DNA of 64,000 bases from Takakia lepidozioides (taxonomy: Eukaryota; Plantae; Bryophyta): NCBI GenBank assembly GCA_030704615.1, contig CM060734.1, positions 19,654,001 through 19,718,000 on the forward strand. The letters are read 5' to 3'. Below, piece after piece: positions 40,663-54,572 of this stretch (position 1 is the stretch's first letter; each line of letters begins with the position of its first letter). The position numbers and the translations under genes were made by a program. The notes under the pieces are model-generated. The model saw nothing but the letters and a program-made list of their open reading frames with translations. It was not told the DNA's origin and did no database searches.

Positions 40663-41639
40663 ATGCATTTTGAAATTTTGTCCGGGAAAGGGCTCAGGCA
40701 ATTGACACCAATTTAAAATGACGTCCCAATATCAGCTGAACACAGTTACTTAGCTCTGAAGTCGATGGGTTAGTGTCTAAAACTACTGCATGAATACTAA
40801 GAAACAAGTGCGAACCTATGTGGTCCTTGATTTAAGTGATTAGAACTATAGATCTGATTGCTCTGGGGAATGATGTGCCTAGTGTTCCATGGCACTCGCC
40901 GGCCGGCGGAAATCCCTACAAGGAAGAGTCCATCATACATGAAGGGGAGGAGTACAGGTTGAGGTGGGGATCATCAGCACCTGAGTCCCACTACAAAGAC
41001 AGAGACGTCAGCATTGATGATTTGCTAGAAAATGTTCAACATTCGGAGAGTGTCGTGGACTCCAAAGAAAAAGCAGCTATAGTCCAAAAATCCGCAACTG
41101 AGAAAGACTGGCATTCAAATCGTAAACCTCTGGAAGACTCTATTTCCACAAGAGCTCACCAACTAAGTACAAAACGCTTTCGGGAAACGAAGAATCGGTC
41201 TGCAGACTTTGATAATAGCCGGAACCAAAGTCTGGCACATGAGGAGGGTGCGAAGGGCAGAGGTAAGCGCAACAACATCATGAAACCTTGACAAAATTTA
41301 TGTTTGAGAGGTCTAGAACTCCGCTTTGGGTCTCGTTCTGTTCTCAAGCTGTCTGTCCACGGGCACATTGCGCGCCCCCTGACGTTCTGTTTCATTAGTT
41401 TTGGATTATGAAAGTTCACACACGAGCTGTTTATGTTGGTCAGGATTGTTCTGTGAGGTCCTTTGTCCTAAACTTCGATGGTGGGAGCCTAACCCATAAA
41501 TCCCACGCAAAGCCCCAGGCTATGACAGCGGAACTCGTTGCTGTCTTCTCCATCATGTTTGTGATAGGTGCTGGGAGGCAGTCAACACGGAGGGTGAGTA
41601 CAGAAGCTACAGTGGGAAACAAGAGGCCACCCGTGACTG

Positions 41640-44562
41640 TCTATGGAAAGAATACAAGTGGCGAGATCCAAGCACTTTTGGCCTTCTTGGGAACTGGAAT
41701 TATTCCCTTGACTCCGATCCATGCAACTGGATGAGTGTCCAGTGTGGCGTTGGACCTCTGGCTGGTGGCCGTGTGGTCTCTCTCTCTATTGGTGCTAAGA
41801 TGCTGGAAGGGACCATCACACAAGAGCTGAAGGGTCTTCCTTTTCTCAGAGTCTTGGATTTGAGCGATAACTTGCTCACGGGCAATATACCACGCGAATT
41901 GGGAACCTTAAAGCAGCTCAAACTTCTCCATTTGTTTGGTAACCAATTGACTGGGGAAGTCCCCCCTGAGCTTGGTGACTGTGCGAACTTGGAAGATCTG
42001 CAGATAGGGAGAAAGTAACATTCCACGTACATTTGGCAAGCTTCAAAGACTCCTGAATCTCAACGTCCAGGGATGTAGACTCACAGGAGCGATACCAGCT
42101 GAGGTGGCAAATATTTCAGGGTTGACAATGTTGGCGTTGAGTGACAACTTGCTCTCGAAGACCATTCCACCGGGGCTTGGAAATCTCACAGCACTCCAGA
42201 TGGTGAACCTTGGCGGCAATTTGTTGACCGGGGGAATTGCCGACGAGCTGGTGGGGTGGAGCAGCCTTGTTCAGCTTGAGCTCTCCAGTAATCTGCTAAC
42301 AGGGGCAATTCCATCCTGGCTGGGTTCTTTCCACGCTTTGCAGTATCTGCATTTGGGTGGAAATCAATTGACAGGTGGCATACCCAGATCTTTGGCAAAC
42401 TGTTCCTCTCTTCAGTATCTGAACATCTCATCTAATAACTTGACAGGAAATCTTCTGCCGCATTTTGGCAGGCTCATCAACATGCAATCGTACTTGGACT
42501 TATCACATAACCAGCTCTCAGGATGCATACCCCCAGATCTGGGAGGGTTGCGGCTACTGAAGGGGTTGAACCTCTCAGCGAACTCTCTTAGTGGTGATAT
42601 TCCGGGTAGCCTGGGCGAGTGTGCAGGGCTGATAAGCCTAGACCTGTCAGACAATAAATTGACTGGAAGCATTCCAAATTCTTTTGGTTCACTCCTCAGT
42701 CTCAATTTTTCTTTGAACCTCTCACAATTTTCTGGACGGGTTGATACTCAGTAATCTGGGAGGCCTTTGGTTTCTGTCTCAGCTGGACCTCTCTTCCAAT
42801 AATTTGTCCGGGCTATCGCAGGTTTGGGGCTCACAGAGGCGGACATGGAGCCTTGTCCTTTCCAGATACAGACATCTCTGGGGATTCCATACTCTCTTAC
42901 GAATTTAAGCAAGCTTGTGTTCTTGAATGTCTCTGACAACAAGTTGATAGGCACTGTTCCGGACACTGGCATTTTCTACAGCCTTTCTGCAGAATCTCTT
43001 CTGGGAAATCCTGGGCTTTGTGGAGCTACTCTACACAAGGTGTGCCCAGACATTGTCTCTCCAAACCCAATTGCTTCACTTCATGGAGCTTATGGGCATA
43101 AGATCAAGAGACACACTATGTTGTCCTCCATAGCGGTGGTAGCAATTGAGGGCACTGTCCTTCTCTGCCTTGCCTTGTTTCTGTTTCGTTATCTTTGTGT
43201 CCGCGGCACTCTTCCAGGAGATGATGTTATTGAACATTCTGTTCTCTAAGTACTTGAAAGCTCTCAATCTGACAGCAGAGGAGATTCAGAGGGCAACTGC
43301 CAACTTTAGAGATAATAGTGCTAGCATCAGTGGAGGTGGGGGATCAAACAATGTGGATAAGGCCATTCTCCCAGATGGAACAGTCTTTGCAGTAAAACAA
43401 TGGAGTGTTGCAAATTTAAAGAGGAAGGCCAGAGATAACCTGGAGACAGAGCTAATGAATTTGTCGAAAGTACGTCACTGCAACTTGGTGAGAGTCTTGG
43501 GTTTCTACAGGAGTAGAGACACTCTGGGCATGCTTTTGGAGTTCACGCCCAATGGGAGCCTGGACCAGCACTTGCACCCTGGGGGCCACCAGACTTGCCA
43601 GCTTAGGTGAGTTCTTTGCACACTGCCCCTGCTGAAGCTGGTTATTAAAGACCTCCAGAAGTTGGATTCTGATTTGATTCCTGTTTACCACATGTGACAG
43701 TTGTCTTAGAAGTTGCGAACAGTGCGGATGTGGCATTCATTAAAAGGCATCTTCTGGCTGCATGCACTACTAAGGTTCTCTCCATATGGGATTTGAATAT
43801 TTCCTGGCTTAGTATATGCTTTGATAACTCTGTACCATGTGCGTTTGGGTTGCTATTGTGGTCTCCTTTAATACCTCCATTACAGATTGCAATTGAGAGC
43901 TTGGGAGTGCCATACAAAGCCGCTTATATAGTATGCCCTTGGCTGTGTCTAGGTGGGATGATCGATTTCGGATTGCTATGGGAATCTCAGAGGGTCTGGT
44001 TCATCTCCACCACAACTGTGGGAATCCTATGGTGCATGGTGAATTGAAACCAGAAAATATACTTCTGGACTTGGACATGAATGCAAGAATAACCAACTTA
44101 GGGATAGAGCGACTTGTGAATCCAGCATACAAACGTGCAGCTGCAGCTGCAAACTCAGCTGAATACACCCCATCAGGTTAGTTCTAGTGTAATTTGATGC
44201 AAAATACTTTCAGATGCTTTCCTCATGCAGGAGTAGGCCTGAAGTGCTCAATCCCAGACTGATACTGGAAGGGAGCAACTGAGAGCTTGGAAAAAGTACC
44301 CAGCGGGATGCATTGCTGTGTTGACACAAGTTTTTGTTCTGTTATATCAGTCAACTTGGACCATGTGATTTAGAACTAGACATTGTTCATTTCCTTTTTT
44401 GTTAAGTCTGTTTATGTGGAAACGAAGTAACGTGCATTGTGCCACCTTTCCAGGATGTAAGGTGCATCAATCCACATGAATGTCTAACCCAGTAACACAT
44501 ACCTTCCTGCAGAGTATGCCTCCAGCGGAAATTTGTCACTTAAGGGTGATGTGTACAGTTAT
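41640..44562 (+). pseudogene. LRR receptor-like kinase pseudogene (non-RD, FLS2/LRR-XII-like architecture)
   Basis: LRRNT (EIQALLAF...CNW.SVQC), about 15 plant LRRs (LxLSxNxLxGxIP), GNPGLCG, a TM segment, and kinase AVK...HCNLVRVLG...HGELKPENILLD...KGDVYSY. Disabled by frameshifts (about 42015 and 42720), a 68-bp insertion, a stop at 43247-43249 and C-terminal truncation. Confidence 0.9.
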
Positions 44563-47500
44563 GTTCTTAGACTTATCTGCACCTGATGTGGGGCAATGTT
44601 TTAGCTGTGGACACAGATTGTCGTTCAGGATGCAGTCTTCTTCCATCCCCTTCCTGATCACATAGACAGGCTTCGTTCTCTTTTCATAAAGCACCATTTC
44701 ATTTCATTTCTCTTTTCATAGTTATAATTCAATGTGCTTGACCCAGAGACCCAAATCCGGGCCCTCCTTGGTAAGTGGCTTCCCATATTTCTGGGACCTA
44801 AAGGAGGCTAGTGGAAGCTACTGGATGTGGCTGGAACAATTGCTTTAAGCTCCCTCCTTCTGGGGGCGTGTTAGGCTCCATCTATCAGATGGATCACTCA
44901 GGGATTTAGCCACAAATCCCTAGGTTCTTCTATTTGGAAATCTATCTAGTATGCTTGGGGGAAGTTCAGACCCTTCCTCAAAAAGCAAGAGCCATCATCC
45001 TTCCATGAGGTCCAAAGGCAACATCTTTTCCTCAACTCCTCGTCACCCTCCCCTCTGGAGACAAGTCAGGCTAGGAGATGGGCCTCCTGGGAATCTGGTG
45101 GCTTCACTCAGATTTCCCGCATTTGGACAAATACTCCTTAGTCACTTATTGCCGCTCTGGGATCCAAAAAGGCTACATCTGGTATTAACCCCATTCTGCA
45201 AACAATTCCAAACCCGAGAGACATTCTCAGGCTCGGGGGAGGATCTCCCTCTGCACCAATGGGTAGCTACGCCCTCCCTAATCTCTCATATTCTATACAT
45301 CTCGGAGGTAGACTTGCCTTCTGTCACTGGCTACGCTTTTCAAGCTGAATTGTTCTCGGAGTCCCTCTCTCTAGTTTCTTCAAGAACAGTCACCATCCAA
45401 GCTGCGCTAGTCTCTCCAGCACGCATTTGCCACTGGTCCTCTAAATGTAAAGATTTCAACCCCTCCCTCCCTGTAGGAAGCTCTATTGTTCCTTGCCCAT
45501 AAATGTTTCAAAGCAATCCACCTCACGGCGCTCCGCTCCCTCACAGCTATTATCACCAACAAACACCAACTAGAATCCGACTCTTCGAACGCACCATAGG
45601 TCACCCAGGGTACCCCCTGGGTACCCAGGGGTACCATAGACCCCTCTATTTTCTACGGTCACCTGGTGTCCCACAAGACGCCTATCTTTTTATAGGGCCC
45701 ACCCCCAAAAGAGAGCAGTCGCCGCGAGGCGAAGTGGCTCTTAGTTACGCCGGCTCCGGCCGGAGTCTTCTCTCTCTCTCTTGTTCTTTGGCTGCTAAAC
45801 ATGCATGTGTTATTCGCCTGTGTGCATCCAAGGGGAAGGCACGTGTTGCCACCTTAGTCATAGGAAGCATGCAATGGAGGGGCCAGATATGGACTCTCCA
45901 AAGGCGGATTCGCCCTACTCCCTGCTGGCAAGGGAGGAGAGGAGCCATCTGTATCGGGTCCATCACTATGAATTTCGCCAAAGGATACATCCACTATAGC
46001 CAACTCTAATAACCAACTCTATAACTCTCCATTAGTTTGGAATCGAGGCACATTAGTTTTGGATTGAGGAGATCGTAGCTCATGCATGCAGGTTAGATTG
46101 CAGATTGATGGCGCCGAAATTCTATTCAGTTCATTTGTGTACTGTAGATACTATCATATGCCTGAGTAACATGTTGGTGAAGATCACAGGCGGCATGGGA
46201 ATCAATTGGCGTGAAGGCTGGAGGCTAGAGCTCATGAAGCGTCGATTTTGCAAATCAATTTTGTAACTGGTGCAGTATCTTGCTCATGATATGGCTATGG
46301 CAGAAGCAGCCGCTACCATGAACTGTCGCCAAACACCAGAAAGCAGGGAAGATCCTCAACCATCTTGAGACTCATTTTTGTCTCATCAGTTGTTAGGGTT
46401 TGTAGCTTTGGAGGGCAGCTAGGTCATGAGCCCAGCCCCATGAGCCTGGGAGCTGGGCTCACTTTTAGCGCAGTAAGCGTGAGCCTACGCTCACGCTTAG
46501 TAAGCATGAGCCTAGGGTCTAGGGTGTATTGGAAACAACACCTATTCCCGAGGACCTGAGAACGGGGGCCTATTCCCGTTGGAATGGCCAACACTACCTT
46601 CAACTACACAACACAATAAAAGAATCCAAGAGCACTTTTTGGAAACGAACGACAGCACAATCCATGCCTATAGAATATCACGATGTATTACATGAGTTGC
46701 ATAGGACCGGCACATGAGTAGTATTCAAGTCGAGTTCCAGTATCTTGTATTATTGTCCATTGTTATAAATATCATCTTGATTCATCTTTACTCATCATGC
46801 ATTCGGCCATGCCGACCTTGACTTCTTGTCTAGCCTTGTACCTCTAAGTCTGATCTTTTGTTTGTGTTCAGTCATGCCCTCGTCCTTGACAGTTTGGCGA
46901 GACTAAAGTTTGTTCCTTAGTTAGTTAAGATGGAAGACACAGTTGCGGAAATGGTCGCCACCTTGCAGAGCCTCTAGTTCCAGATGCAAGAACTTCATAC
47001 ATCTACTGCCCACCTACAAGCTGATCAGTCTCAAGATCTTGGCAACGCTCTCAACAATCTGCAACAACAAATTTCAGAGTTGAAGGAGTCAAACAATGGA
47101 TCTTCAACCATACGAGTCCCCACTGCAACAGCTCCTACTGCAACGATTCCTCCACATCTTCAAGAAATTACGAGAGAACCAAAGGTCAGCATGCCCGAGA
47201 AATTTGATGGGACGAGATCAAGATTTCGCGATTTTGTTCAACAAATACGATTGTTCCTACGACTACATCCACAACGTTATCCCGATGAAGGTATTCAAGT
47301 GGGATTCGTGGGCACCCTTCTATCAGGCACTGCCCTATCTTGGTTTGCACCACTGTTAGAGAAAAATTCACATTTACTATACAATTTTGAATCATTCATG
47401 TCCGAGTTCACTACAACGTTTGGAAAGAATGATAGTGAAAGAGTTGCAGAGACAAAAATGTGAAATCTACGACAAAGAGCGCGTCCTGCTTCCATTTACG

Positions 47501-49807
47501 CTGCTGAATTCCGACAATTTGCGTGCAACCTCGACTAGAATGATAAGAGCATCATTAGTCAGTTTCGATGTGGGCTAAAAGATGATGTAAAAGATTTGTT
47601 GCTGACAATGTCAAATGTGAGTACACTGAGTGAATTCATCACCCAAGTCATTGCATGCGTTAATCGTTTGTTCGAAAGACGTCAAGAAAAACGATCTGGA
47701 TGGTCGACGATACACCATGCCGCTGCTACTACGGCACCAAACACAACGATCCATCAGACATCCGGTAGCGATCCTATGCAGATTGATGTTGTCCGATTCA
47801 AGCCATTGACACAACAAGAAAAACAACGACGACGCTCAAATAGTTTATGTCTCTATTGCGGAGAAGAAGATCACATAGCATTAAACTGCCCCAACAAGAG
47901 AAGAATCAAAGCTCGAGGCGCAACTCCAGTGTTCGATACGAGGAGGTCGGAAAACGAAGATGTTCAGTCACAATAGGGAATGCGGTTGGACACCACCAAT
48001 TCTTCACATAAAAAAAAATCTCTTTCTACCTCCAGACCCTGTATCTTGTTTCACAGTTCCAGTAAAGATCATGATGCAAAATTGAGATATCTCCGCAAAA
48101 GCACTTTTAGACTCGGGCGCTCCAGCGTGTTTTATTGACAAAGTCTTTGCGAAGCAACACAATTTAACGCTCGTAAGAAGGAAATTCCCGGCCCATGTTG
48201 AAGTCATCGATGGACGACCGTTAGCATCAGGAAACATTGACCATGAAACTCGACCCCTTGAAGTAAAACTTAAAAATCAAGCATCACAGATTGTTTTCAA
48301 CGTCATCCAATCTCCAACGAATCATGTGATCATTGGACTTCCCTGGTTTATAATTCATAATTCTGACATCGACTGGCGATCGCGAAAAATTTCGGCAAGA
48401 CAAAAATGCAAAAGTACCAAAGGTATTCAACCCCTATTTCTTGGAGTTTGAGCCTTCATGAGAGCTACAAAGAAAGACGCGACATTTGCGCTTTATGTGA
48501 CTTCAATCAAGACCACAACAGACCAAGGTACTTCGACATTACCCACTCAATATCAAGATTTCAAGGATGTATTCGAGAAGAAAAATGCAGACATGTTGCC
48601 AGAACATCGACCCTATGATTGTGCAATTGAGTTGCAAGAAGGAACCCAACCACCATTCAGCCCAATCTACAATTTATCTGAGACGGAGTTGGCTGCTTTA
48701 CGCGGATATTTTGATGAAAATTTGTCGAAGAATTTCATTCAACATTTGAAATCACCCGCGGGAGCACCTATTTTATTTGTGAAAAAGAAATACGGATCGT
48801 TACGCATGTGTGTGAACTATCGTAAGCTCAACAAAATCACTATAAAAAATCGTTACCCACTACCGCTGATTTTCGGACTCCTCGAACAACTTGGACGAGC
48901 AAATGTTTTCACAAATATCGACTTGAGATGAGCTTACAACCTTGTACGAATAAAATAAAGAGATGAATAGAAGACTATTTTTCGCACAAGGTACGGACAT
49001 TTCGAATATAGTGTTATGTTTTTCGGTCTTACAAATGCTCCAGTAATTTTCCAACACATGATGAATGACATCTTTCGAAAAAATTTAGATGACTTTGTAG
49101 TCATCTATTTGGACGACATTTTCACATAATGAAGAAGAACATGGTCGCCATGTACCCCTTGTCCTTGATAAATTGATGGAAAGATGACTATATGTCAAGT
49201 TGAAAAAATATATTTTCCACCAATCTGAAGTCGAATTTTTGGGCTACATTATTTCCGACAAATGAGTCTTTATGGATCAGAATAAAATACAAACCATCAT
49301 TGAGTGGATTAAACCAACTTCGGTTCGAGTTGTACAATATTTTCTAGGGTTTGCAAATTTCTATAGGATCTTCATCAAGGACTACTTCAAAATTGTTGCA
49401 CCATTGACACGACTCACAGGGAAAGACAAGTTTATATGGGACGAGAAGGCTGACCAAGCATTTGAAAGACTAAAATAGGCATTTACAACGGCCTCAATTC
49501 TGGTACATGCAGACCCATCCAAACCATTCTTCTTAGAAGCAGATGCATCGGACTTTGCACATGATGCTGTGCTATCTCAATACGGTACGGATGGCCGACT
49601 TCACCCTGTTGGTTTTCGCTCTCGGAAATTTTCTGCTACAGAAATCAATTATGAAATCCATGACAAAGAACTTTTAGCGATTATCGATGTCTTTGAGGAG
49701 TGGTGTCATCTATTAGAAGGGGCTAAACATCAGATTACTGTCTACACCGTCAGATGTTCTTTTTCGACGATCGTATCTTGCGCCGAAAGAATGGGAGACA
49801 GCTTTCG

Positions 49808-50831
49808 CACTACAGGAAAATGGGAGGGTTTTCGACGCCGCGGCGTCGTAAAACAACATTTTTCGGGCAGGGGGGAAGAACCAAATTTGCGACGCCCGGG
49901 CGTCGCCAAAAAAACGCCGCAAATTTACGACCAATGAGGGTCACAAAAAGGTGAAACCGTGATTTGCGACGCCGACGCGATTTGTGACGCCCGGGCGGAA
50001 ACCAAAAAAAAAAAAAAAAAAAAAAAAAAACTACTATGCAATGTAGATTTAGCATCCTCCGGGGGTCACAAAGTGCGACGCCCGGACGTCGCAATTTAAA
50101 GGGGTACATTTGAATTTAAGCGGGAAAATTTGAATTTCAAAAACTTGTTGACCATTGACTCCGGTTCTGTCTAATGGCGATACGTTCATTGTTCTACATA
50201 TATCATGCAATGCATACTTAAACCCAAGACCTCCACATTATAAAATTTCTAAGACACTACAGACTAACCAACACACCTACCCTACATCTATGTATCACAA
50301 AAGCAATCTATATATATATATATATATATGAAGATTTTCTTCAAGTTCCTTCTAAGGGGGTCATTCTTGTGACGTCGGGGAGTTGCAACCTTCACAGCCT
50401 TAGTGCCCAGCCCCAGCCCCAGCCCAGCCCCAGTGTCATCGCCGTTGTTGCATCCCCCTACCGCCAGGCGCCCCAAGTGACGCCCTTGTAATGAAATAGA
50501 GAGCCGCAAAGCCAAAAAAAAAAAAACAAACAAACAAACTCCCACTGTGGTGATGCTGTGTTGCGACGCCCTGGCATCGCAAAGGCGCTGGGCGCCCTCA
50601 GTGACGCTTTAGCGGCGTCGCAACGTCTAAAATAAAAATAAATAAATAAAACTTCGCAAGAAAAAAAATCCGTCGCAGCGAGGGTCTCTTTCCCTCTTCA
50701 TGCCACCTTGCGACGGCTGGGCGTCGTAATGGTGTCGCAGCGGGGCGGCGTCACAAAAAAGCACCGCGGGCTCGGCGCGCGGGGCGTGGGGGTGCGGCTG
50801 GCGTCGCAAACCTCCCCCATTTGCTGTAGTG
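49808..50831. mobile_element. Non-autonomous CACTA element inserted in chromovirus pol
   Basis: Left end CACTACAGGAAAATGGGAGGGTTTTCGACGCC. Reverse complement of the right end is CACTACAGCAAATGGGGGAGGTTTGCGACGCC. Many subterminal GCGACGCC/GGCGTCGC repeats. The expected 3-bp TSD is not preserved (TCG vs CAA). Confidence 0.88.
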
Positions 50832-52639
50832 CAACCAATAGAAATTCATCATCTTGAAACCAGCAAATCTCAAATTGAATATATTATCCATGTCCACCTA
50901 TGATGATGCAGAGATCATAAAGGAGATTCAGGAAGTACTGAAGAGCGACCAATTTGCTAAAATACTATGAAGTCAATTGAATCAACCTCAAGACCACCCA
51001 AATGTTACAAACGATTTCGAATTCAAAGATGGTTTACTTTACTTCAAGGGACTTCTCTATGTACCTTTAGGACCCATACGATTTTGAATTCTTCAAACAT
51101 GTCATGATCTTCCGGCTACAGGACATTTTGGCTTCAACAAAACAATGGAATTGATATCCAGGGACTATTGGTGGTCGCAGATGTAGAAACTCGTGAAATT
51201 TTTTATAAAATCTTACGACACGTGTGCTAGAGCGAAGGGACCACGACATCGACCTTACGGCCTTCTTCAACTATTATCCATTCCCAAGGGTCCATGGTCG
51301 TCCGTGTCTATGGACTTTATTACGGACCTTCCAATTTCCAAAACCACTGATTCAATCCTTGTTATTATGGATCGTTTTACGAAGATGACACATTTCATTC
51401 GATGTAATAAGACGGTTACAGACGAGGAAACTGCAAGACTCTTCCTCAATAATATCTACCGCATTCATGGACTCCCGCGAAGGACATCGTATCTGATCGA
51501 GGACCACAGTTCATATCAAATTTCTGGAGGGGATTATTTCACATATTGGATACTAAGATCAACCTCTCTACAGCTAATCATCCACAGACTGATGGTTAAA
51601 CCGAACGCGTAAACCAGATTTTGAAGCAGTATCTTCGTTGTACGATAAATTGTCACCAAGATAATTGGACGGACCTTCTGTCATTAACTGACTTTGCCTA
51701 CAACAACACTATACATTCTTCGACCAAGCAAACTCCATTTTTCTCCAGTTATGGTCATCATCCTCGAGCAAACCCTTTCCATATGAAGGTTGTTGGAAAC
51801 CTTGCTACTCATCTTGCTACAATTCACAATGAGTTTACATTCCACCTCGCAGAAGCTCAAAAACAATACAAGGAGTATGCAGATCAACATTGACAACTCC
51901 AACCCCAGTTCAAGGTCGGCGATCGTGTATGACTTCTTCAACATGAAATACAAACCTCGCGACCATCAAGGAAGTTGGATTATCAACGCCTGGGACCATT
52001 TAAAATTATTCGTCAAATAAATCCGGTCAGTTTTCTGCTTGAACTCCCACGAAGTATGTGCATCCACCCAGTCTTCCATGTCTCATTATTAGAGTTGTAT
52101 CATCGCTCAAGTATCCCCGGGCGCGTTTCTGTACCACCTCCACCGATTGAAATCAATCAGGAAATCGAGTATGAAATCGACGAAGTCCTAAACTCTCGCA
52201 TCAAGTATAAACGTCTTGAGTATTTCGTACATTAGAAAGGCTATGACATTAGCGAACGAACGTGGGAACCGTCATCCGACCTCGCCAATGTATCTGACGA
52301 AGTCCAAGAGTTTCATCTACGATATCCAGCTAAGCCTCGAGTCACATGTCAATAAAACGTCACACCGATGACGTCAGCCACTTCAAGGTGAAGATTTCAC
52401 ACTCGGTGCACCTGATACACGCTAAGCAGGGAGGAACATCATACATCAGTATATATAGCTACACTTCCAGCACTCTTGCATCTTGTATTGGCAACATGAA
52501 GTCACAGGAAACGGATACATTAGAGTTGTCGCTTATCCAACTACCAAACCAACCGTTCCGACTCTCACAACCTTCAACATCACACCGACGTCCTCCAGAC
52601 GATGGGCCACCAAGGCGACGCGTACTTCCTCGTCTGGAC

Positions 52640-53380
52640 CATTGGTGGCCGGATATAGCACTCTACCCCGGTTAGTGAGTCGGTTACCACCCCGGTTAGT
52701 AGGTATACATAACCGCATATAGGGTATTTTTGCAAAATAGAGTAAATAGATAACCGACGGTTGGGAGGTGAGTATGTATATATATATGTACCATATATTA
52801 AGGTTAGCACTACACTGTATACCCGGATTAGTAAGGTGTTTTGACCCCCTAGAGCGGTTACAATTATGTATAAGACACGTTCATACTCACAACGCAGTTG
52901 CATTTCTAGCGATGTCTCTCCATTGAAGACATTCAATGAATCATGACATTGATGATATGGGGAGACCAGTTGTGCTGATAGCAAGAATGATTCAGAGTTC
53001 CAAGCTCCTGGCCACTGAGGTGGTGACAGAGGGTTTCCTTATGACATAGCTCATGGCCAAGTTGCTGCACCCTGGAGCCCCTAGGGATGTCAGGTGTGAA
53101 TTGATTATTTTTAAAGAAAATCATTGAGAAATACAAGTTCTCATTCAATATATTATATGTAACCGCCAATTGTATATATATATCCGCCAATTGTAGGACA
53201 CCTCTAACCGTCCTATTCATAATCGTCTAAATTTGAAGAATTTTCTAGAATAGATAACCGGTGGATATACTAACTTAAAAAAATTATCCTTATACATAAC
53301 CATGGAGTGTGTCCATCCCAAAATAATTGAAGTAACCTTAACCGGCGGATATATAAAATTCTTATAACCGGCCAACACTG
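52640..53380. mobile_element. Non-autonomous hAT element inserted in the chromovirus 3' UTR
   Basis: 8-bp TSD GTCTGGAC at 52632-52639 and 53381-53388. Imperfect TIR CATTGGTGGCCGGATATA vs CAGTGTTGGCCGGTTATA. Subterminal ATAACCG repeats. Confidence 0.88.
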
Positions 53381-53701
53381 GTCTGGACCCCGTACGACGG
53401 CAAGTGGAGTCTACTCGAAGTCTGATAATCCTGTTGGAGGTTGAGGCTTCGAACCTAAAGGGCAACGGAATCACGTTTGAAGGCAGCTTCGAAGATCAGA
53501 ATGCTCAAATCACTGCGTGGTCCCGAGTTCAAGGTGTTGGACACTATCGATGGTTGCAGGGACCTATAAATCATTTGAGTCAAGAACGAAGATCCGAATA
53601 CTTGGCAAGTACCATTCGCCGAATTTTGGATTTTCTCCAACTCTAAGCAAATCCAAGATTTTACCGTTCCTCGAGGAACTCGGCGCTAAAGGAAGGGGTG
53701 A

Positions 53702-54347
53702 TGTCACGGACATAGCCTAGAAGAATTCACCAAGAGTAATTATCAGAAGTTACCAAGTTATCAAAAGTTACCGTGATTTATCATGATTTATCATGATTTA
53801 TCATGATTTACCATAAATTACCATGAGTTATCAAATTACCATAAATAACTACCAAATTACTAAGAGTAACTCAGGAAACTGCTCAGGAAGCTTCCTGGTG
53901 GAGGAAGTTTCGCAAGAGACTTCCCTTGGTCAAGGAAGCTTCTCAGGAGACTTTTCTTGGCAGGGGAAGTTTCTCAAGAGACTTCCCTTGGCTGGGGAAG
54001 CTTCTTATGAAACTTCCTAATAGCCAGTATATATAGAAGGCGAGACTGGACATTATTTAGTCTTGCCAACACAAGTTCCAGCTATTCTTGTTTCCAGTCC
54101 CAGTACTTCAGTCCAGCTTTGAGTACTCTAGTCCAGTTTCCAGTATCTGGTACTCCAGTCCAGTTTCCAGCATTCCAGTATTCAAGTCGAATTCCAGTAT
54201 CTTGTACTCTTGTCCATTGTTATAAAGATCATCTTAATTATTCTTTACCCATCATGCATTCGGCCACGCCGACCTTGCTTCTTTTCTAGCCTTGTACCTC
54301 TAAGTCTGATCTCTTGTTTGTGTTCAGTCATGCCCTCATCCTTGACA
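53702..54347 (+). repeat. 3' LTR of the chromovirus (646 bp)
   Basis: TGTCACGGA...TCCTTGACA, preceded by a PPT. Internal tandem repeats: ATCATGATTT x3 and ~39-bp GGAAG(C/T)TTC units. Confidence 0.9.
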
Positions 54348-54572
54348 ATGGGCAAAGCAGCTGCAAATCAGCCCACTGCCGAGGGAGGATCACCCATAAT
54401 CTTTCTCCAGGAACATAAAGACCAATTCAAAAAGCCAGAGTCAATGAGACCAACCCAGGGACAATGGATGATCAACTCCAACTCAGCCCACGCCATACAC
54501 TCACCTCAGCAGGGGGGGAGATGAATGACCCAATGATTCTGGAAGCCAGAAACTCGGTCAGGCCTCAAGGGT

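Larger units (their letters stand above)
46720..54347 (+). mobile_element. Chromodomain Ty3/gypsy LTR retrotransposon (Tcn1/Tf2-like chromovirus), decayed
   Basis: 5' LTR remnant 46720-46891 matches the end of the 3' LTR 53702-54347 (TGTCA...TGACA; about 13 differences in 171 bp). PPT AAAGGAAGGGG precedes 53702. Domains in order: gag EPKVSMPEKFDG...CLYCGEEDHIALNC, protease ALLDSGA (~48100), RT YLDD (~49105), RNase H EADASD/YEIHDKELLAI, integrase SVSMDFITDLP, chromodomain [11 protein letters not shown]...TWEP (~52165-52330). Many stops. Confidence 0.95.

Noticed and set aside
45608-45635. Near-perfect palindrome GGTACCCCCTGGGTACCCAGGGGTACC
   Set aside because: Isolated short hairpin in unassigned, probably TE-derived sequence; no evidence of function.
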